Shown piece after piece: positions 48,857 to 59,719 of a stretch of DNA of 64,000 bases. Position 1 is the first letter of the stretch. Every line of letters starts with the position of its first letter. The position numbers and the translations under genes are program-made. Under the pieces are notes generated by a model. The model made no database searches. It was given only the letters and a program-made list of their open reading frames with translations, and was not told the DNA's origin. The stretch spans positions 21,498,955 to 21,562,954 of the forward strand of contig OZ316893.1 of NCBI GenBank assembly GCA_973895155.1. The letters are read 5' to 3'. The stretch comes from Marsupella aquatica. Lineage: Eukaryota; Plantae; Marchantiophyta.

Positions 48857-51800
48857 TTGGATACCCAATGACGAGAAGGGAACATGGGGAGTTAGTAGCC
48901 CTGGATAGCTTACTATACTGCATGTTCCTGGGTAGTTTTGCCGCACGGCTTACCTCAAGCACTGGTATGCTGATTGTGCACTTCATTTAGAGTAGATTGT
49001 GTTGTAATGGTGAGTGTTTTGGAGAAGTCATTCCTTCACCTGAAATTTTGTTCTTGATCTCCCATGAGCCTTTCATATTGTATGTGAAATGTGATGTCTT
49101 CTATCAATTGTCTTCTCGAGAACGGGCTGATCCTCTGAACTAGCAGTCAGGTTACTTGTACTTTGTGCTGGAGAATGCTGGTTGGCTTCACTGACCGCAG
49201 CTTATGCGTAAGTTCTGTTCTGTTGGAGTTCGAATTCTACTCCCAAGTGAGGTTGGTTGAGATTTTACTTCATGATCACAGAGAGCTATTCGGTACTGAT
49301 GTTTTGAATGCTGCTACTCCGCCACCAATAATCTTTGGCCGAGGGGGTAGGGCCGGGGGGGGGGTGGGGGGCGCGCTGGGGAAGAGATCGGTCCCTGAGT
49401 GCTCTTTTCACTCTCTGTTGACATGAATTTCCAACGAACATAATAGGGACGTGGATTTTTATTTGATCTTTGATTTGTCTTGTTCTTGGCTGTGCCTTCA
49501 CTTCTTTTCTCGTTTACTTTCAATACGCGGAGGTTGTACATTTAAGGAAACGCGATCAATCCAGATGGACATTTTAAAATTGTGATTTAGCAAATATCAA
49601 AGACACCTCCGTGCACATGACCCCGCAGTTAGAGTCTTCTTTTATTAAGAGATCCAAGCGCCGGCCACTTGTTTCCTCTCGGGAGAAGTTGGTAAAGAAC
49701 GGAGGATCTCCATTGTTTGTGCAACGCTGGGATTTCTTCTTAGTGTGCTCAGTCTTTGCCCAGCTCCCAGGCGTAAATAAATCAGCATCGAACACGCAAA
49801 AATGAGATCTCCTAACATAGAACCGGGCACTTTGTGACAGTTTCCCAGCTCCCAGGCGGGGGATAAATCAGTATCGAACACGCAGAAATGGGATCTTCTA
49901 ACATAAGACCCAACAGTATGAACCCTGAGCCGTTGGCGAGCTTCCAAAAGTTCTCTCCCCACATGAGGTTTCTATGTGGTTTGGTTAGATTGTGTTTGAG
50001 ACATGTTTGGTGGAACGGAGCTTGTTTCAAGTCATTCAACCAAGTTGGATTTTGGCGACTCATATACTCAAAGAAGAAGCAGAAGAAGAAGAAGAAGCCT
50101 TGAAGGGATTGTTGGGCTGGCCAAGGATCTGTAACTCAAGAAACACTAATGGAAATTGTCGAACTTGAAAACATGCACTTTGGGAGAGAGACTACTTGCA
50201 TTTCTAGAACTCACCGGATGGTTTTTCTTAGCTCGGATGTGGAGTGCTTTAGTCATGCTCCAAGCTGATATAAAAAAGCGAATGCCATGCTCCAAGCTGG
50301 AATCTAAAAGCAAATGTGCATTCTTTGAATGTTAATAGAAAGGGCCCATTCTGTAAATGTTAATAGAAATATTTTTTTTGGGATTCCTAGGAAAAAGAGT
50401 AAACCTATTACCAGTGTATCCCTCCGAGTACTTATGACTCTTGTCGACTTCAGGCCTATTCAACTGGGATGGTTCCAAGTCGAAATACGGGAAGGCTCGG
50501 CGCAGCACAAATGTATTTTGATATACCCGAAACATGGATTTTATATAAACCCATGGATCGTGAAAAATTAGTGACACCGTCTCCTGGCGAAATATCATTA
50601 TAATCTCCGGACAAAATTAGTCAATTATTTCCCAAATATAATTCTAGTTTTAATCCATTACGTGGGAGTGCTATACAATGTTCAGTGATACAATTACAAC
50701 AAAACAATCACCATGAGTGATATCATTATTTTTTACATACATAACATCCTATGATTCTTTCCATCCATAGCTTATATCATTTTGACTTCGCCCTGGAAAC
50801 CCAGACCACAACTATAGCTTATATCATTTTGACTTTGCTCTAGAAACCCAGACTGCAACTCTAGCTTTTATTATTTTGAATACATATCATCCCATGTTTA
50901 TTTTCATCCACATAGTCAATAGTTTATATCATTTTGACTTTGCTCTAGTATTTCATTTTGACAAACATAACATCTCATGGTTCTTTCTATCCACATGGTC
51001 AATAACTAATATCATATTGATAAACATAACATCCCATGGTGCTTATACATCCCGTGGTTCTTTCCATCCACATAGTAACAGTGTAGAGGCTTCACTTTAG
51101 AAACTTAGAACTCAACTCTAGCTTCTCATCACCATTTATTAGTAAGATTATGGAGATCTACAAGATTACACAAGGCTTGCAAGAGCCGTTGCTGTCCATG
51201 CAATAGTGACTGAAATGGCCCTCTTGCGTGAATGGAGCCATTCCATTGCAGACCAATCCAGTCGAATACAGGCCGTAAGTAATGCTTGTTTGAACCGAGA
51301 CATAGATGTCACCAAGGTAAAGGTTTGCCAAGCTGATTGGAGGTGCCCCTCCATTTACCCAATATTTTTTACTCTTTGAAGCAGGAGTATATAATCTCAG
51401 GAAAGTTTCAAACTTTGTCATGTAATAGATTGGACATCAAAAAACCTGTTAGAAGAAATCGAGCTCAAATAGAGAGTAGAAGTAAGAAGGTTGTCCCAAG
51501 AAACAAACAAGTCTGCCAAAAACCAACACTTTATAGTTGGTGGGGGTGCCTGAAAAAGCCACTTGATGCATCCCTCACAAAAGTGACACACCCTTCCCAA
51601 AATTCCATTAAAAATGCAGCCTTTTCTTTTGCTATAAATTGGCTGATGACTTTGTGCAGTCCATGTGCCTGGATGGTCAAGGTACAGTGTCGGGGACAGT
51701 GTCTCGGTCCATCCAAATTCATTTCCAGGTAGTTTGGGTGTATATGCAAAGAGTTAGGCTACAATAGAGTTAAATATCTAGATACTCTAGAGTTAAATGT

Positions 51801-52106
51801 CTGTCTGTGATTATCTAATAGTAACAAACTATGTCAGGCTATGTTTTCTGCCTCATTATCATTCTCTTATTAACAACAAGTTTGGGGCATCTGCAAACTC
51901 CTAAGTAGTGGAGTTAGATTTCTACACTAAATATCAATATATTGTACAGTTAGATATCTAACTGGAAAATGAAGTCTAGATGAACTTCTTAAGTAGATTT
52001 GCCAAAATGCTCCCATGGATTTTGCAGAATTAGATATATAACTAGAAAATGAAGCCTAGATGGACCTCGACATTTGCCACTGGGGTGGGTTGCATTTTAC
52101 TCACAA

Positions 52107-52170
52107 CTAGCAAGTAACCCGTGTGCATGCACAGGAAGGGCACCCTTACCTAGACTCCCTATATAGGCCC
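52107..52170 (-). mobile_element. Helitron-like 3' terminus
   Basis: Minus strand reads ...cccttcctgtgcatgcacacgggttacttgCTAG|t: a GC-rich hairpin ~10 nt before CTAG and a following T. A degenerate copy lies on the + strand at ~1655-1712. Confidence 0.6.
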
Positions 52171-53771
52171 GTCCCTACTCTCAAGTCTAAGTAAATATCA
52201 AACGTTTATGTTACCATATATATAAAAATCATTATGGTTTATGGTTTTACTAGCTCGACAGTCAGTCACACATGGGAGACTTTGTTTGGTATGTTACTGA
52301 AAATATTGCTCATTGGTTCACCTTGTTGGGTGGTTTCTCTCTACTTCCATGGGAGCATTGATCACACTCCATCTAATAAAAGCATCTCATGTAGTGGGCT
52401 GGGATCTTCTTTGGATTTATTGGAAACCCCACAGGCTCATTTAAATAAAACTGAGATCAGTCTATTTATCTATAACTATATAATCCCAATAGAAAGTTGC
52501 TCTGGGGTCTACTCTCTATACTGAAACCTCTAGATATATAGCACAGTGCCCAAGGGCAAAAAATGCCAAAACGGGAGACATAATCCCAAAGGCAAAGCAA
52601 CCCCAATGAAGGGGAGGAAAAGAGGGGAAAGGGCCCCAAGAAAACCAAGCCAAGAACAAGCCTTAGACCATGACTTTGGGGGCATAACTGAAGTTTGGGA
52701 TGCATGCAGAAAATAGGACTGGGTTTAGGGGACAGGTCATTGGACATATACAAACGGTGAATAGTAGGGAATATTTGTTTTCGAAGGTTTTACTTCCTCA
52801 CCCTCTATTGATGTTCAAAGTCTTCTGGTCTGTTCAAAGAAGGACACTGCCACCAACAACCAACATTTTGTAGAGTGAACAGTATAGTTGTATCTCTCCA
52901 ATGGATAGCACTGATTGCATCTTGGAGGGCGGACAAAAGTTGAAACTGCCCAAACTTCCTGAAAAGAAACTCTAAACCATAGGCCCTGAAAAGTTGCTTT
53001 CAGTTGTGATTGTATAGTTACTAGCCTGCCCTTCCCAAAACATAATCCTGGGTCCGGGACTGGGTCTTTGTATAATGTTGCCTATCCTACATGGGATGGA
53101 GTGGGCCCCAAATTTTGCCCTTGTGGAGCATATTTCCCAGTTGTTAGACCACATCTATTGAAGGTCTCATCATTTGGCGGCTTGGTACAATCTCATTTTG
53201 AGTCATTTGCATTAAAAGTGGACCAACAAGTCCTTCATCAGATCTTCTATTGTCTGAGCTAGAAAGGCTCTAGCCAAACAACTATGTGACCTTTGACGTG
53301 GAGTGGGTCCCTCACTTGGGTCTTAGCAAAATTCACCAGCTTTACAAGAAGTTGCAGGGCCATCAAAGGATTCTAAAACCTCTTTTAGACCCACTACACT
53401 ATGTTGGGTGTCTGAAATGGTCCTCCAATTCACAAGTGCCCCCACTGTCTTGTAAAAGCCCCCATCAAAGGAGTCCAAAACCCCCTTTTAGACCACTACA
53501 CTATGTTTAGGTATGAAATGGTACTCCAGTTCACAAGTGCCCCCTTGTCTTGTAAAGCCACTTTTAAACCATGATTTTGATGATGTGTCCCCACTATCTT
53601 GTAAAGCCACCCTTAGACCCTAATTCTGATGACATAACTGAAAGAAGGGGAGAGGAGGGGAGGGGAGGGGGGCAGGCTGAAAACAATCAAAACATGGATT
53701 GGGGAAGTCATTGATGATGGTACATAGTAAAGAATATATTTTGAGGTAGGTACTATTTGTACTCACTTTTA

Positions 53772-53937
53772 TATTTATGTTCAAAGAAGGGGCAGTCAGG
53801 TTTGTTCAACAAATTAGCAATAAATGTGTCCTTTTCATACTACTTCCCACACACCTATTTATGTTCAAAGAAGGGGCAGTCAGGTTTGTTCAACAAATTA
53901 GCAATAAATATGTCCTTTTCATACTACTTCCCACACA
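53772..53937. repeat. 84-bp near-perfect tandem duplication
   Basis: tatttatgttcaaagaaggggcagtcagg...cttcccacacac at 53772 and 53856. Confidence 0.92.
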
Positions 53938-56624
53938 CTAGTGCACAGAATCATTATAAACATGAACTAATTAGTTGTCACAAGGTGAGAATTGACAGCC
54001 GGTCAAAATACTCCTAAAAATCTATAGACAATATCTATAATATAGTATGCTCATTCCGAACATGCTTAATATTTTATCTTGTAATGATATGTAAGTGAAT
54101 AAAATACTAAAGTAGAACTAGAATACATATTAAGTGTGAATGGGGATAAAATAATATCCCGAATAATATAAGTAGAGCACATGCAAAGAAAAACACATTG
54201 TGAGTGACCAATGAAAAGTACAGTCAAGTGCTATAACACAAAGGTGCTACGCTATGTGCACTTATTAATTCAATGTCCCTTATTAATGACATTGAATGGA
54301 TGAATATGGCACTAATTAATCTCTGTGAATTTATGCACTAATAAATCTATGTTTTACATCCAAATACTTCAAAATTTACTAAGATTTGCATTATTCCAAG
54401 TTTCACAAACAGTACCTTAAATTGCTAAACCAGATCCGTCATTATGATGGGGTCCAAAAATGGCCTCAAAACCTATTGTCGGCAACGGCATTGCATAATT
54501 GGAATTGGAACTGTATTGTTCAGCCTCTTGTGACCATGTAGCTTTGGTCATGGGCTTGGTTATTAAACTTGTTTGCATGAACCTGATAGTCCCTGTTGTA
54601 TTCTATTTGTTGCTACAAGCCATGGTGAAGATTGTGACAATTGTTTTTAGTAGAAACATAAGTCACTGTATCTTTGGAGGGGTTGACTTTATCCTACCTA
54701 ATAGAGTGGGAAAAGTGACTAGCGATCAACTACTATAATATGTAATCCTGCCAATACTTTTATTGGTATGCTTACAAACTTGAAAAAAAAGGGAAAAGGA
54801 CTCTCCTGTCATTCTGGATTGATTGACAGGGAATGCCCAAACACATATTTTACTTTTATAATAGGATACAAGGTACATGTGATGGGGCTATGCCAAGCAC
54901 AACAAGTGTTTTGTTTTTGGCATGGAGCAGGTAGAGAATTACATTGTCATGAAAATCTTTTGGGGCATGAGAGACTTTTTGGCTTTTTGCATCTGAATGT
55001 AGGAATTTATAATAAAAATTACAAAAAAATTACCCCCTATCTTTTGATTCTCTTTGGTATCACCTATCAAAGTTTAATTATCCCAAAGAATGAAAAGGTG
55101 GGAGGAAGGGAGTGGCAAGGGAGGGAAGAGATAAGGTAAAAGATGGAGGGAAAAAATAACAATGTTCCCCTCCAGATAACATTGCTTGACCACACCTTCA
55201 CCTCACAATGCCCCAATGGCCATTGCCTCTCCTGCACGTGTATCCTTGCCAGCATCATCATTTTCACAACAACATCAATGTTTTTTCCAAAATGAAATAA
55301 AAAAGCAAATTAAAGTGAGGCAGGTTGTTTTTACTTCTCTTTAAAAAAATGTTATTAGAGATACAATCCCAAATTTTGTCATTCCATCTAAACTTCCAAC
55401 ATTCTCTTTAAGAAACTGAATAAGGAGGCTAATGAGACCAAGATCCCATTTTTTCTCCCTAAGAGAAAAAAGTGTTTAACATGCCTCGACATCTCCATAA
55501 GTCTTGCTCTAGCTTTTGCCCCAATTCTTTTCTTTGCCTGGGGCCCAGCTCCTTGCCCCCATTTGCGCCTTTCGTCCCTGCTTTTGTTTCATCTTCCATA
55601 TCATTGACAATAGAGATTCCTTCCCAACTCTTGCCCCTACTTGACAATTAAACTAGCCTCACCCCTACATCTTTGCCTTGCCTTGACATCTTTGCCTCAC
55701 CTGGATATCTTTGTTGTGCCTCTAATATTCTGTGCAATGCACAAGCATGAGGCTAGTGTTGCTAAAAAAAGGTAAAACAAATGACAAAGTAGTAACAGCT
55801 AAAGAGGTAGAGGACAAACACTAAACTGCAATGAAGAGGGCAAATGCCAACCCCAAAAAGCATGGAATGTAGCTATCTTCGGTGCACTTAAAGTTATTTT
55901 GCATGTAGCAGGCCCTCAATTCTCCGACCGTTAAAACTCTCTATACCGCTGCAAAAAAGCCTTTCTTCTTTGTTTTCATGTGGATGTTTTGCAGGTGCAC
56001 TTTGTAGTGAATTTATCTGTTTCAAAGGTTGGGACGTCAATTGTTGCAACATTTGCAGTCTTTGCACTCAGATTTCTGCTTAAGAATATGTTGATTTTCT
56101 CTATGGAGGTGATTATGGCACAATCTTCTCTTGCACTAACACGCTGCCAGACCATCAGTTTAAGGTGCAAATTGAAGGGCCGGCCACGTGCAACAAAACC
56201 CTTAAGGCATGGATCAGGATACTGATTTGACCCACATTTTTCCTGGCATCATAGACTCACCAGCTCTAGTAATCATCCGATCAGGGAATATAAGGCTATT
56301 CCTCCCATCTACTGGATTAGCTACTGGACTCATGACATGTCTGTTTGAGGTGGCTCTCGGCCCAATGTTGTCTAATAGTGATCCTAGGGTTTGGTGACCT
56401 GTCTTACATATTGCAGTGCTTGTTTGGGGTGTGCCAAAGCCCCTTTAGATTTGTTTTTCTTTGTACCGCGCTGGTTTTTTGAGATATGCTATGGCCCCTT
56501 TAAATTTGTTTTTTCTTTGTGCCCGGTTGGTCTGTTGTGGTGTGCTATGGCCCCTTTAAATTTGTTTATCTTTGTGCCTGGTTGGTCTTTTGTACTGTGC
56601 TACTGCCCCTTCTGGGACTTACTA

Positions 56625-57112
56625 CATTGCCACACTTTTTTGGCATAATACATAGATTGCCACTGATTGTTTCCTATTATCACAATGCCATTGTTGTTTA
56701 TTGCAGGCTTAAAAAATCAACCTGGGTTAGCTCCTTCACATCCAATGGCTATCATGGCACCTAGTCTCATGGTTGGACGGCTCCAGTCTCCCTCCTGGTG
56801 ACTTTCACCACCCTCAGCAGGGTAGAAGCAAAGGCTATACGTAGGCACATACTGGCCCTTGACAAAGGTCATGTGTAGGATGGGATGATAGGACCAACCG
56901 ACCCACTCTCACTCTACTGATCTAAGGGTGGGCAAAGTCACCTTGAGGGAGACCCAGACCATTCCATCCCAAAACTGGGTCCTATCATCCATGGGATGTG
57001 AAGGAACTAACCGAGGTAATTTTCTAAACCCATAAACAAAAACAGTAGCATTGTGATAAGTATATAAAAGTCACTGACAATGAATATATTATGCCAAAAA
57101 AGTGTGACAATG
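56625..57112. mobile_element. Non-autonomous long-TIR (fold-back/MITE) element with TA flanks, inserted in a ~55-bp minisatellite
   Basis: cattgccacacttttttggcataata... (56625) is the reverse complement of ...tattatgccaaaaaagtgtgacaatg (57112), with imperfect arms of ~200 bp. TA on both sides. The host repeat gcccctttaaatttgttt..ctttgtgcc.g.tgg spans 56439-56620 and resumes at 57115. Confidence 0.75.
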
Positions 57113-58011
57113 TAGATTTGGTTTTCTTTGTGCCCTGCTGGTGACCCTTTCTTTGTGCCCTGCTGGTTTTAGCCCGGGCTGTCAGTGGAATACATTGGTT
57201 GCATAGCTGCCTTTTTCAAATAAAATATAAAAAACTATTATGCAGGGTGGACTGTACCCTGAAAACCAAATGAGGGTATGGGAAATGAATGTCCTCATTC
57301 TCGACAAACTTCTTCATGAATCAAGATTATGGCTGTACAGCATTCTGTAACGCTCATTGATGCCTTTGTGGGCTCTGACAGCTAGCTCGCAGAAGCGAAC
57401 GAGATTTGTGAGCTGTAGATTGTAGAATACGGACTGTGGAAGCGAATGTCTCACCTCCATATAGACCGAAATCCAGAGACCAGAGGCGCTCTCATTGGAG
57501 ATCATTCAGTACCTTTTGCTTTGAAATTGCTTCAAAACGAATGGAAATGTCTCTCTCTCTAGCTACCTCTCTCTCCCATAACAGATGAGCAGCAGTATTT
57601 TGTGGAAGAGAATTCAACGAGGTGTTGTGCTTCACTGATGGAGTGATGTAGCAATGTGGAGTTGGAAGGAAAGTAAATAAAGCTCATCGATGGAGTAGCA
57701 TTGTTTCGCCCATCTCCGGAATCTGGGATGTGGGAAAGAACCAAAGAATTCTAAGAGAGAAAGGATGAGTGAATGGAAGGAAGCAAGGAGTTGAAGCTGT
57801 TACGAATGATGTATTCTAAGAGTACAATTGCACTAAAGGGCGATGCGAATGTTGAGAGGAAAGGGACAGAAAGGGGCGGCAGAAAGGATTTCGGATGGAA
57901 TGAAGTACTGTAAATTTCAAGTACTGTACAACAGTGTACACGAGAAGCTGGCTGGCTGGTTCGATTGCTCACTGTCAAGAGTGTGATGAGTGGTAAGCCG
58001 GGAGTGGGACA

Positions 58012-58014
<3 letters not shown>

Positions 58015-58057
<43 letters not shown>
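58015..58057. repeat. (GA)n microsatellite
   Basis: Run of GA dinucleotides. Others occur at ~11952-11990 and ~45557-45582. Confidence 0.9.
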
Positions 58058-58060
<3 letters not shown>

Positions 58061-59719
58061 TGAATGAATTGAATTCTCTACTCCGAACAGCAGTAGAAGG
58101 GAAGAGCGGAAGGAGGGAAATGCAGAAGCCGGGTGTGACCTCTTGAATGGATGAGCAACGTGCTCACTTTTCCAGTGTTACAGCAGAGGCTAAAGGGGAT
58201 CGATCTAGGGAGAGTTTTGCTCGATTGGCACTGTACTTTATGCAAGAGTGGTACGTTACCATTTCGGGCGCCGGTGGAGAGGAACCCCACCCCCTGTGAC
58301 CAGATATGTGCCAGGCAGACAATGTTGGTGAATATCGTGCGAGTGAGAGCTGAGCGAGTCAGGGGCAGGTGACAATGAGTGCGAGTCCAAACTTATTTTT
58401 TGGGGATCATTGAAAAGCTGAAACGGAGTGGAAATAGCTGTTCTCTGTGGACGACTGGACAGCCGAATTGGAAACCAGGGTTGTTTACGTTTTGGTGGCC
58501 GACTGGACCGTTTGGATAAGGAGAATGGGGAGACGCTTTCGCTCTCGTTTCCTTTCCTTCCTTTTCTTTCCATGGGATGGGAGTGATTTCAAGTAGAATA
58601 ATTGTCACTTTGATAGCAACGGTAAAATAGAGCATAGAAGCGGCTACCGGGCCAGGATTGGGAGCAGCAGCAGGAGGAGGAAGAAGAAGAGGCGGTGGCC
58701 GTTCTGGCGTCATGGCTGGAATGAAAAGTGTCACAGCTCCCGAAACGGTGGACGATAAGCTTGCCCGGCCTTGTATGTGACATAATCACATTCTGTCACA
58801 CGCACCCACTCCCTTTTCTATCTCCTCACTTCCAGAATGCTCATTTCTACTGCCCATGCAAGTTGGATTGAAATTGTTTGGCGATTGCGAACAATGCTGT
58901 ACAAATGGTAGGTGATTGAATATTAGCACCTGAATGAATGAATTTTCTTTCTAATCCGGACAGGCGGATAGACCGAAAGAAGACTATTAGGGAGAGATGA
59001 ATTTCAATACATCCGAGGAGCTGAAAGAACGATTAGAGGAGCCAATGATTTGCTTTGAGCCAAGGAGGTTGGTAGCAGGCAGCAGTACCGTACTCGGTCT
59101 GGTTTGCCATCAACACACTCTGCTGCTTGATCTCTTCGCCAAATAAAATCAGAGAATGAAGATGACTCCGGCCCTTCATGTCCCATCGATATCGTCTTTC
59201 TAAACAGAGTGACCAAAAGGAAGTAGAAGCCAAGAGTCGCGCCGGCGATACGAACCCTGCCCAGAGCCTAACTGTTCTTTTAGACAACTGAATCTAATTG
59301 CAGGATATGACAACTAGGAATGGTCCTTAATTCAGATTTCTGGTTCAGGTTTGGGCAAATAGACGAGAGCTGACTCGAGAGTTCCATCAAACCTGATTCC
59401 GGTACACTACTCGAGACGGACCCAGAGAATGAACAAAACAATGAATAAACTGAAAGTCACGTGGTTGATAAATGGACACGATGAATGGCTTTTACTATCC
59501 TTTCAATGACTAAGTCAAGTCTCCCCGAAAGTCTAGCTAAATTGAGAGAAAGAATGAATGACTTTTGTTGTCCTCGCAATGAATCAATTTGAGTCCACAG
59601 GAGGGACTTGAAATAAATAGAATGAATGGCCTTTAGTTATACTCTGGCTCTGAAGTGACCACAGAGTTCATACTCATCGGAAAGTGTTTGTGGGCTCTCT
59701 TGGGTCGTACCTTTCACAG

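Noticed and set aside
51158-51760. Possible minus-strand gene relic
   Set aside because: Short ORFs in shifting frames with no motif I can recognise; unsupported without a search.
57300-58800. Possible miRNA precursor or small peptide gene upstream of CLSY
   Set aside because: Only partial resemblance to miR156/535-like words, with no convincing fold-back or recognisable peptide motif.
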